A stretch of 60,508 nt of DNA, from positions 1 to 60,508 of IMG/VR virus record IMGVR_UViG_3300030085_001554; one strand, 5' to 3'. Source of the stretch: a virus. Its lineage: Duplodnaviria > Caudoviricetes. Every line of letters begins with the position of its first letter. Position 1 is the first letter of the stretch. The translations under genes and the position numbers were made by a program. Shown here in pieces: positions 52,766 through 60,508 of the stretch. The notes below the pieces were generated by a model, which worked only from the letters and a program-made list of their open reading frames with translations, was not told the origin of the DNA and did no database searches.

Positions 52766-54193
52766 TTACGATGCCACACACTGGAGGTCGAGCGAAGTAT
52801 CGAATCTGCGGAGCAGGATACCAGCCGTCTTCAACATGTGTACAGATGCACCGTCTATGTCACTAGCGCGGGTGTCAGTTTCTGCGAAGCCCTTCGGCAC
52901 AACAGAACCAGCAACACACCAGCGCAACATTTCACGACCCTTCTTATTGATCATCTGGAGATTGTTTTCTCCGTCGTAAGAAGACTGGTCGACAAACGTC
53001 ATTCTGTAGGATTCCAGCGGCAAGCCAGTCTCAGGGTGCTTCTTAGAAGCCTGAGCGACAGGACCGTGGTCGAACAACGGAACCTTTACCACATTCACGC
53101 GGTGACCATCGATGTGGTCGTAGGACGTGAAGTAACCGCTGATACCCAAGCTACGACCGGAACCGGTGATGAACTTAGACTCAGTAGTCTGAAGGTAACT
53201 GTTACCGCTGTAGTAGTTACGCAGAGCCTTATCGAACTCACGTGCGCCACCAACACCGGTGAAGAGAGTGACCTGCTTGTCCGTAGCATCAGTCATGCCG
53301 TAGAACAAGTCACCAATCACGTTCTCAATCTTCTTCTGGGTCAACGTAGAGTAGGTGTCCTTGTTGATGATCTGCTCAAACAGACCAGGACCAGCAAGAA
53401 CCGGCTGACCGTTTTCGTCGAGCATCTCATTAACACCATTGCTACCGTAGGTCTTTTGACCGTACCAGTAGTACATCTCACACTCTTCCTTAAACTTGAG
53501 CATGTGACGGTACTCTTCGTAGTCCATCCACAACTTGGTGGTAGAACCTTCTCTCAACGGGAGCTCGAACTGAGCGACATAGTCCTTAGCGTTACCAGAC
53601 ATGTGGTAAGACTTACGGACCGTACCGATCTTAGAACGAACGAGGCCAGGTGCCGTCCAGTTGGAGGCGTTACCTCTCGAGAAGTCAATTCCCACAGAAG
53701 CAAACAGCATTCCGAACAAAGCACCGTTACCGACGTCAGCAGCAGGCATGCTAGCTTGGTCAGGAGAAACGAGCTTCAGAGTGTACTCATAACCACTAGC
53801 CACAGGACGGGGCTCCTCCATGATGCGAGCGAGCACACCAGACTGAGACACGAGAGTGTAGGGGAAAATGAAGAACTTGTCCGGGAAGGTCAGCTTGAAG
53901 AGCTGTCCGTTAACGCCTTGTGCAGCCGTCAAGTTGGTTGCGTTAGACACGGGACGGACATTCACTTCGTGAGTTTTCACACGGTACTCATACTCGAAGC
54001 GGTCGATGGAGCGAGTGTTACCCACACCTTCCGTCATGAAAGACAGGGGGAACTTCTTCTCCTCGCGGCCTGCGAGGTGAGTAATAATAGGAGAGAGCTC
54101 TTCGGGCTTCTCCATAAGAGCATTGACCAACGAGTTGGTGTCGGTCATCTGCTGGTCGTTGTAGTACGTTTTCAGTACTTGCGTTAAAGCCAT
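52766..54193 (-). CDS. Major capsid protein (HK97 fold, crAss-type)
   Basis: 475 aa in the portal-scaffold-MCP order, with strong codon bias. Motifs RKSY..SG, EECE..YWYG, GPGL.EQI, FT.Y....G and P.FD. Confidence 0.85.
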   Translation of the reverse strand: MALTQVLKTYYNDQQMTDTNSLVNALMEKPEELSPIITHLAGREEKKFPLSFMTEGVGNTRSIDRFEYEYRVKTHEVNVRPVSNATNLTAAQGVNGQLFKLTFPDKFFIFPYTLVSQSGVLARIMEEPRPVASGYEYTLKLVSPDQASMPAADVGNGALFGMLFASVGIDFSRGNASNWTAPGLVRSKIGTVRKSYHMSGNAKDYVAQFELPLREGSTTKLWMDYEEYRHMLKFKEECEMYYWYGQKTYGSNGVNEMLDENGQPVLAGPGLFEQIINKDTYSTLTQKKIENVIGDLFYGMTDATDKQVTLFTGVGGAREFDKALRNYYSGNSYLQTTESKFITGSGRSLGISGYFTSYDHIDGHRVNVVKVPLFDHGPVAQASKKHPETGLPLESYRMTFVDQSSYDGENNLQMINKKGREMLRWCVAGSVVPKGFAETDTRASDIDGASVHMLKTAGILLRRFDTSLDLQCVAS

Positions 54194-54213
54194 AGTTTTC
54201 GAATTTTAGTTGT

Positions 54214-55308
54214 TTATTGTAATATGCTGCCGAGATCCAGTTGATCGAAGTCGACGTTCCTGGAACTACGTTGTTGTTTGCGAGCACTCTTGACTCTCTC
54301 CTCGTTCGAAACAATTCTGTCTCTCAGATTACGAGCGGCTTGAGTCTTCGCCTTTTTTTCGATTATTCCGTTAAGGTCAAACCCACTATACAGCATATAA
54401 TCTATAGCTAGTTTGACATCCGTTCCCGCTTCCTGATAATCCAGGTCACGTTGAGTTTCTCCATTATCGCCGATGGGTTGGGATATATAATCGAAGAAGT
54501 TTGATTTCTCTCTATCTGGGATCTTAACACCAGCAAACTCGTTCCCTCCTTCGATGTGGTCTGCGACCTCACCCCAGAACTGCTGCTGTTGTTCTTGTTG
54601 CTGTTCATACTGCTCTCGCTGTTGAGCCATCAGCTGCTCTTGTTCCTGTTGTTGGAACTTGGCAAGATGATCTTTTGCACGCTTAGCGTTTGCAAGCAAT
54701 CTCCCAGAATCTTCATACGTATCTATTGTGTCTTGTATGAACTCTGTATCGTGCCCCTTAGTCTGTAAAAACTGTGCGAGCACTGCACGTTGCATATTGA
54801 CATCATCGTCTCTTACTTCGAGGGCGTTGAAGTCAATTTGTTGTCCTTGCTTTTGAAAGAACTCACGGGAATCGCCTCCCGCCAGCACATAGTCAAGATG
54901 TTGTTGAACCTCAGGGAACTGCTCGAACAGTGACTGCAGCTGATCTTCTGCTGCGTTTTGACTGATATCTCTTACGAAGTTCGTAATGCCTTCAAGTGAG
55001 TCATCATAGTCACCTTCTAATTCGAATCCCAATGTGCGAGCTACCTCGGCAGCTACACTAGCAGGTTCTCCATCTTCTTCGTGCTCGTCTTCTACGTAGG
55101 TTTCTTCTTCCTCAGGCTGCTCATAATAATCATCATCAGCATCTTCGTCCCCCACTTCTGGGTCTACGTTTTCGTCTTGCACTTCCTCCTCAACTTCTTG
55201 AGGAACTTCTTCGACGACGTCTTGGACGTCCTCTACTGTTTCGACTCCATCACCGATCACATTGTCGAGTGTGAGAGAGTCAATATTTAACTTGTCGTCT
55301 GGTTGCAT
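54214..55308 (-). CDS. Putative scaffolding protein
   Basis: Very acidic N-terminus and coiled coil, immediately upstream of MCP. Confidence 0.65.
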   Translation of the reverse strand: MQPDDKLNIDSLTLDNVIGDGVETVEDVQDVVEEVPQEVEEEVQDENVDPEVGDEDADDDYYEQPEEEETYVEDEHEEDGEPASVAAEVARTLGFELEGDYDDSLEGITNFVRDISQNAAEDQLQSLFEQFPEVQQHLDYVLAGGDSREFFQKQGQQIDFNALEVRDDDVNMQRAVLAQFLQTKGHDTEFIQDTIDTYEDSGRLLANAKRAKDHLAKFQQQEQEQLMAQQREQYEQQQEQQQQFWGEVADHIEGGNEFAGVKIPDREKSNFFDYISQPIGDNGETQRDLDYQEAGTDVKLAIDYMLYSGFDLNGIIEKKAKTQAARNLRDRIVSNEERVKSARKQQRSSRNVDFDQLDLGSILQ

Positions 55309-55313
55309 GTCTA

Positions 55314-55321
55314 CAAATTTA
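55314..55321 (-). promoter_or_regulatory. Putative -7 box TAAATTTG, 5 nt before the ATG
   Basis: TAAATTTG-TAGAC-ATG in an AT-rich intergenic gap. Confidence 0.6.
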
Positions 55322-55379
55322 ATTAGTTAATTAGCTTGTTTCTTGTAAAATTATTTTTTACAAAAGCCCTTATAATATA

Positions 55380-57644
55380 TCACTTACGTAGTTTAAAGTA
55401 CTTTCGCATGGGTCGTTTTCCGCCCCTTTTAGCCACGTTTTGTGGTAAGTTGTTGTCTCCTTCGTAAGCTATTGCGTTCAGCATCTTAAAGATGTCATCT
55501 TTACTGTAGCCTGTATTAAGTTCCCCAAAGGGAGAATTATACTCCGAGTTGCCTTTGAGGTAGTCATCAAACTGTTCTCTTGTTACTGGGGAATTAAATA
55601 CATCTACTCCCTGGTTGTACAAACCCCGCCGCATGTCCATTATACGCGCTCTAGTTTCCGTAGGTTCTTGCACGTATTCTCTGTATCTATCTGAAGTTTT
55701 TTGTACGACTTCTCCTTCTTCGTCCGAAGATCTAAAACTCTGCATCATATTAAAATCTGCTAGGGGGAAACTACTTCTGTCCGAAGCATGAGATCTTTCG
55801 TGGACTCCCGTTCCTAAAAGCTTATCAGTAAGCTGGCCACTATAGTTAGGATTATATACGGTGATGTTTCGCCCAGGGCTAAAGAATGCTCGTATTGTTG
55901 ATCTGTAGTTATCTCCGTACTGATTTGCAAACTCACCTACATCTGAACTTGGAAGATAAGATGCACTTAGCAGGTTCTGATTTCTTTCATCAGTCGTTTC
56001 TTTTGCATACTTCTGAGAAACGTATCGGTTAAAGGCGTCTCCAGCGCCAATTACGTCGAGTGCAGATAAAACAGTTCCTTTGTCCCTTTCTCCTCTGTTG
56101 CTTTTCATATAGCTCTCTGTGAGCATTTGCTGTGCCATTGGAGAGTTGTTCCATTCTAAGTTAAAGTCTGTACCTGCAAGGTCAGCGAACTTTGCCGGTT
56201 CGTTTCCTGCCATTTCTCCTATGACGTCTACCTTACCTGGCATGCCCATAGTCAATACTTTTCTAGGGCCCTCTTCTTTAGGGCCAGCGCTTTGGTACAC
56301 TCCCCCTGCCTGATTAAGATTAAGGCCGCTCATTGTGTTGTTTGTGAACCTATCGGTTAGGTCATCTAGAGCACTTAGAGTGTATCTGTTAGGTGCTTCT
56401 CCTGGTCTGAGTGTTCTTCCTCCTACACTTGGAGTTCCGTAAAGGTTCTGTATGTTTCTGAGAAGAGTATTTTTATTTTTATTGAACGTAGCCCTTTCTC
56501 TTGCAGCTTCGTAGAACAAGTCACTTGCACGATCAACTGTTCTTCGATTAAAAAGATTGTGCTCTGCTGCTCCTCTTCTTAGCGCTCTATTTGCATCTCC
56601 GATTAAATCCAAGTCTGCTTGTCGCATTCCTCTGATAGCACGCGTAGCCTGATTCTGCAGCTTTGTTATCTGCATACTTTCTGGCATTACATCTTTACTC
56701 AGATTTATAGCTTGTCTTGATCTTGTAGGAGCGCTTGCTCCAAATGCGAGGGGAGACAGAGCTTCGAAAGCTCCCATAGCCGTCAGACTAACTGGGTTGC
56801 TGAGGGGGTTCTCCTCTATATACTTTCCTGCTGCCATCTGGTTATACTGCAATCCAGGAGGCATAAATGCCATGGCATTGGGAGGTGCTGCACGACCAGC
56901 CTGTCTTATAGTTCCTTGGTCAGGAGGAGGCTGAAGAGCGGAGGTATCTAATGGTATTGTAGTTGGGAGAGTTGGCATAGACACTCGGGTGTTGTCTTGC
57001 ACTCCCCCTGACTGCATCTTCCTAGGTACGTACTGCAGTTGATTCTCCCCAAAATATCCTGTGGGATTAGCTATCATCTTGCGCTCAGGGCTAAGCATCT
57101 GAGACATGAACTCTAGCTTAGCTGTAGGATGCACTTTGGACTTAAGCAGCATCCCAGTTTCATGGTCTACTGAAGGATAGTGTCCTGCAGCATCAGGCTT
57201 GTAGCCGAGCTCTTTAGCTCTGGCCATATTATAGTCACCGCCTGCTTGCATGTTAGCAGGAGTCTCAATGACTGTCCCCCGCTGAGGACCAGTAGGAAGG
57301 TTTTGCACACCAGGGGGCACATTCTCGTATGACTTGACTAAGTGTCCCTGCTCGTCGTACTTCTCTATGTTGATCGGGGCTTTCATCCCGACCGTATTGA
57401 ATGGGGTATTAGGAGGAACATTAGGGAATATCATACTTTGAGAAATGTTCCCAGCCTGATGTGCAGGTCTCAATCCTTGCTGTTGTTGCTGCGGTGTCTG
57501 CGCAACCTGTATATTATTTTGTTGCTCGAATTGCCCAATAATATCGATGCCCTGGTTGTACGCCTGGAAAACATCTAGTATAGAGCCTGGGAATCCAGAC
57601 TGCTTGTGCCGTTGCAGCAGAAATTTTCTCGTAGCGTTATCCAT
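55380..57644 (-). CDS. Modular protein with C-terminal zincin-like HExxH domain (754 aa)
   Basis: Segments separated by MQAGG, MQSGG, NQAGG, YQSAG and AKRGG. HERSH at 55788-55802 with a downstream EPTETRAR. Confidence 0.65.
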   Translation of the reverse strand: MDNATRKFLLQRHKQSGFPGSILDVFQAYNQGIDIIGQFEQQNNIQVAQTPQQQQQGLRPAHQAGNISQSMIFPNVPPNTPFNTVGMKAPINIEKYDEQGHLVKSYENVPPGVQNLPTGPQRGTVIETPANMQAGGDYNMARAKELGYKPDAAGHYPSVDHETGMLLKSKVHPTAKLEFMSQMLSPERKMIANPTGYFGENQLQYVPRKMQSGGVQDNTRVSMPTLPTTIPLDTSALQPPPDQGTIRQAGRAAPPNAMAFMPPGLQYNQMAAGKYIEENPLSNPVSLTAMGAFEALSPLAFGASAPTRSRQAINLSKDVMPESMQITKLQNQATRAIRGMRQADLDLIGDANRALRRGAAEHNLFNRRTVDRASDLFYEAARERATFNKNKNTLLRNIQNLYGTPSVGGRTLRPGEAPNRYTLSALDDLTDRFTNNTMSGLNLNQAGGVYQSAGPKEEGPRKVLTMGMPGKVDVIGEMAGNEPAKFADLAGTDFNLEWNNSPMAQQMLTESYMKSNRGERDKGTVLSALDVIGAGDAFNRYVSQKYAKETTDERNQNLLSASYLPSSDVGEFANQYGDNYRSTIRAFFSPGRNITVYNPNYSGQLTDKLLGTGVHERSHASDRSSFPLADFNMMQSFRSSDEEGEVVQKTSDRYREYVQEPTETRARIMDMRRGLYNQGVDVFNSPVTREQFDDYLKGNSEYNSPFGELNTGYSKDDIFKMLNAIAYEGDNNLPQNVAKRGGKRPMRKYFKLRK

Positions 57645-59866
57645 TATTCTCCGTTAGGCTCGGTGTCTCCTTCTTTATCTAAAGCTTCTCGCTTAAGATC
57701 GATCTCCTTCTCTTTGATGTCATGATCCATCATGATCTTCTGCAGGTCGATGTCTAAACGATTAGCTTGGTCTTTAGCTTCTGCATTGATGAGAGCAACT
57801 TCTATGTCTTTGCGGCGGTCTCTGTCTTTCTCTTGAGCCTCTTGCTGCATCTTCATCTGCTCCATCTGCATAGCCTGCTGAGCCTGTTGTTGTTGAGCTT
57901 GTTGCTGTGCAGCTTCAAGTTCTGCTTGTGCGGCTTCTGCCTTTCTAAGCTTTTCTTTAATGCCGCTGAAGTTCTCCGTGTCCATGAGATCCAGGACTGC
58001 GGATGCGGGCATTCCATTCTGTATCATGGCTTGAGACAGCTCCTTAGCTTGTCTAATATTCTCTTGGTCTCTACCTGCATCAGATACGAAAATGCCGTAC
58101 TCGCTTTCCATGTGGGCGAGAGAGTCCATATCAATGAACTGAGTGGTCGTGTCCGGAAGCACGTACATTCCTTTCTTCCCAGATATCCAGGCTTCTTTGG
58201 AATAGTCTAACATGCCTTGCAGTTCTCTCTGCTCAAATCGTGCAAACTTGCGGAACAGGTCTTCAGTGATGTGGGAAGACTGTACGATAGCTTGTTGCGA
58301 AGAGCCTTTGCCTTCGTATGCACCAATAGTTCCCTGTCTCTGTCTATTGACTCCAGAGATCTTCTCCCACTCTTGCATTGTAGTCTCAAGTAGCAGGACG
58401 TATTGTTCTATCGTCTTGATAGACATGTCCAATACAGACTGGTGTTGCGGTGAGAGCTGAATGCCTTCTTTGTTGTAGTCAACCCAAGCAATACCTGTGC
58501 CCTCTACGTAGTACATGAACTTATCGAGGTCCCACTTCTTGGGAATCATATTGATGTCGAACTGTGCGATGATATCTTTACTACGTGCAATCGCAAGCTC
58601 CATGCGGTACTTGAAGATGTTGTAGTTAATCTGGAACGGGATACCAAGGCTCACCAACGAGATGTTGCTGGAGTTGATATCCGAATACTTGAACCCGTTG
58701 ATGGGCAGTTTGCATCTAGACGGGTTGTCTAAAGACGTTCTCTGATTAGGGATTGGAGATGTCTTTACATAGAACCTTCCGTCAATCTTAGTTCCTTCCC
58801 ATACTTCGTTAACCCACTCGTACTTGATCTTGCCTCCCATCTCCTTGATTTCGGCAGGCATCCTGTAACCTTCTGCAACCTCAAACTCCTCGATTACGCC
58901 GGTCTGTGGGTCTGTGTAGGACACAAAGCCAATACGTTTGCGGCTTTTCCAGTACACAGTTACGACTTCTACGAGTCTGTTTCTGTAGATGTTGTCATCC
59001 GCCCCCGTGGCCTCCGAGCGGTAAAGCAGATATGTGTCTACTGACTGGTGCTTGGGGTCTTCTAGTTGGAGGACTTGTTCCTCAGTGAGGTAGTCACCAA
59101 AGTGATCGATAACCGTGGCTGCGTGCGAATAGCGTCTCACTATTGCCCAGTCTCCGTCTTCAACAAACTCTACATCTGGGTCCTTGTCGAAGTCAATGTC
59201 AATTGGATTGATTACGTCGTAAAACGGCTCAGAGCGTCTAACACCTTTGTGCGAATACGTTTCTCCAGATACCAGGAAGTGAAAGAATTGCTTCTGGAAC
59301 TTGTCGTACATCTCCTGCTCGTACATGATGTAGTTCATCGCTGACTGGCCTTTGATGGCGCGGTCATCTACGTATGTACGTTCAAACTGCTCAGCCACTT
59401 GCTTTGGGAGTGGGGGCTGTTGCTCTTGTATCTGCTGAGTCTCTAGGTCTTTTGGCTTTGCAATCTCATTCAAGAACATTGCTTCTACCGCTGCTCTAAG
59501 CTGTTTTGTTTTAGCCTCTTCTTTCAGGCTGATGCTATCTGCATTCTTTACGGTAACAGTGTAGTTGAGGGGGCGCTTGGACTTTTCTCCCAGCAACAGA
59601 TCGATGATCGGCTTGATGATGGGGTAGTTCCTAAGCTTGGACGGAAAGTTCTCTCGACTCTTTCCGTATGGTTTGATTACATATCTGTAGTCAGTCTCGT
59701 CGACTTCTCCGTTGTAATAATCATATAGTGCTTTCAGATTGCTGCGTCTTTCGCTCAATCCGAACTTAGATATATTGATGAAAGCGTCCACACATTCCTC
59801 TCTCCACTTCTTAGTCTTCTTACTTAACGGTAGTCTTTGCTGCGGTATTTTTGCTGCTCCGTACAT
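57644..59866 (-). CDS. Portal protein
   Basis: Follows TerL. Motifs YDYYNG, NYPII.P.I..LLGE, W.NEVWEG and ISGVNRQRQG, with a Q-rich C-terminal coiled coil. Confidence 0.85.
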   Translation of the reverse strand: MYGAAKIPQQRLPLSKKTKKWREECVDAFINISKFGLSERRSNLKALYDYYNGEVDETDYRYVIKPYGKSRENFPSKLRNYPIIKPIIDLLLGEKSKRPLNYTVTVKNADSISLKEEAKTKQLRAAVEAMFLNEIAKPKDLETQQIQEQQPPLPKQVAEQFERTYVDDRAIKGQSAMNYIMYEQEMYDKFQKQFFHFLVSGETYSHKGVRRSEPFYDVINPIDIDFDKDPDVEFVEDGDWAIVRRYSHAATVIDHFGDYLTEEQVLQLEDPKHQSVDTYLLYRSEATGADDNIYRNRLVEVVTVYWKSRKRIGFVSYTDPQTGVIEEFEVAEGYRMPAEIKEMGGKIKYEWVNEVWEGTKIDGRFYVKTSPIPNQRTSLDNPSRCKLPINGFKYSDINSSNISLVSLGIPFQINYNIFKYRMELAIARSKDIIAQFDINMIPKKWDLDKFMYYVEGTGIAWVDYNKEGIQLSPQHQSVLDMSIKTIEQYVLLLETTMQEWEKISGVNRQRQGTIGAYEGKGSSQQAIVQSSHITEDLFRKFARFEQRELQGMLDYSKEAWISGKKGMYVLPDTTTQFIDMDSLAHMESEYGIFVSDAGRDQENIRQAKELSQAMIQNGMPASAVLDLMDTENFSGIKEKLRKAEAAQAELEAAQQQAQQQQAQQAMQMEQMKMQQEAQEKDRDRRKDIEVALINAEAKDQANRLDIDLQKIMMDHDIKEKEIDLKREALDKEGDTEPNGE

Positions 59867-59871
59867 TCTTG

Positions 59872-59879
59872 TAAAAGTA
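59872..59879 (-). promoter_or_regulatory. Possible -7 box variant TACTTTTA, 5 nt before the portal ATG
   Basis: TACTTTTA-CAAGA-ATG has the same spacing as the box before the scaffold gene. Confidence 0.4.
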
Positions 59880-59885
59880 TAAAAT

Positions 59886-60506
59886 TTATCGATAGTTCCT
59901 GTCGAACCATTCGTTCTGGGACATATCGTTGATGGTTTCTACGACCTCTTTATTATATAGCTCTCTGGTGTGATACATGCCTACCATAAACGCCATGACA
60001 CGGTCGAAGTTACCCTTGTGGTTAAATTTAATTAATTCTTGCAATAATCCAACGTCATAAATCTCATGCAAGTTAAGCCTTATATTCCCATCTTCGTCAC
60101 TGCTTCTTGGGGATATTAACCAATCTCTTATATAAAGCTCTCCTTGACGCTTACGTTGCTCTGTCATATGCATGCCGTACTGACGTCGTACATTTCTGCT
60201 ACGTAGCTCTTTCTTGTCTAGCATCTCAAACTCCTCTTGGAGCTTGTGGAGTTTACGGTAGCGCTTAGCGTACGCTATCAACTCACCGCGATCGTTCTCA
60301 AACCCAATCTTCGCATTGTAGTAATCAGCCAGCATGAATAGGTTTCTGTTGTATTCATCCTGTGTCTGTGGTCTACCTACGTAACTAGCCACAATCATAT
60401 CGTCCGGCTTGGAGAGATTGTTGGGTCGTTTGATTACATACGCAGCACCAAGTGACTGGTTGCTCGTAGACTTGCTTTGTGCGTAAGGGTCATGGCAGAT
60501 AACGTA
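59886..60506 (-). CDS. terL: Terminase large subunit, C-terminal nuclease domain (runs off the window)
   Basis: The frame is open to the window edge (YVICHDPY..SLGAAYV). Also YVGRP, YYNA..GFEND and GNFDRV, directly upstream of the portal. Confidence 0.85.
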   Translation of the reverse strand, partial: YVICHDPYAQSKSTSNQSLGAAYVIKRPNNLSKPDDMIVASYVGRPQTQDEYNRNLFMLADYYNAKIGFENDRGELIAYAKRYRKLHKLQEEFEMLDKKELRSRNVRRQYGMHMTEQRKRQGELYIRDWLISPRSSDEDGNIRLNLHEIYDVGLLQELIKFNHKGNFDRVMAFMVGMYHTRELYNKEVVETINDMSQNEWFDRNYR

Positions 60507-60508
60507 CA

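Noticed and set aside
52748-54187. 479-aa ORF antisense to the major capsid gene
   Set aside because: It mirrors MCP codon for codon. It is expected from strong codon bias avoiding TTA/CTA/TCA, and it has no recognisable motifs.
1-60508. Stop-codon reassignment, known in some crAss-like phages
   Set aside because: Genes up to 11 kb are intact under the standard code and tile the window. The stops I checked are TAA or TGA. TAG is avoided, but nothing shows it being read through.
8742-60508. Introns, inteins or homing endonucleases in RNAP, MCP, portal or TerL
   Set aside because: The reading frames are uninterrupted, and I recognised no intein splice, LAGLIDADG, HNH or GIY-YIG motifs by eye.

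Overview
The window is a gene-dense segment of a crAss-like (Crassvirales-type) phage, probably infecting a Bacteroidetes host. Support for the host: TAnnTTTG promoter boxes and A-rich leaders with no obvious Shine-Dalgarno. Bases 1-8683 (+) are the end of the replication module: probable SSB (partial), primase, PD-(D/E)xK endonuclease, rIIA/rIIB, 5'-3' exonuclease, uracil-DNA glycosylase and a DUF1599/Nmad1-like protein. A bidirectional terminator separates this from the virion module on the - strand (60508 to 8742). In reading order that module has TerL (partial), portal, an inserted 754-aa modular protein, scaffold, major capsid protein, ring/hub/fibre genes, a metallophosphoesterase, very basic small proteins, the tail stabilisation/muzzle protein, three cargo proteins and a 3780-aa virion RNA polymerase (DFDID) with two HExxH modules. 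Most notable candidates: (1) a recurrent x-[Q/K]-x-G-G signal that delimits short modules in three non-homologous proteins, suggesting a processing or capsid-loading system; (2) a fibre adaptor domain apparently split between consecutive genes (C-terminal GxxY/F..LY plus N-terminal MATWKK); (3) tandem hairpins and an anti-leader sequence downstream of the capsid gene. I saw no tRNA, rRNA, CRISPR array or mobile element. All family assignments come from motif recognition and synteny, not database searches.
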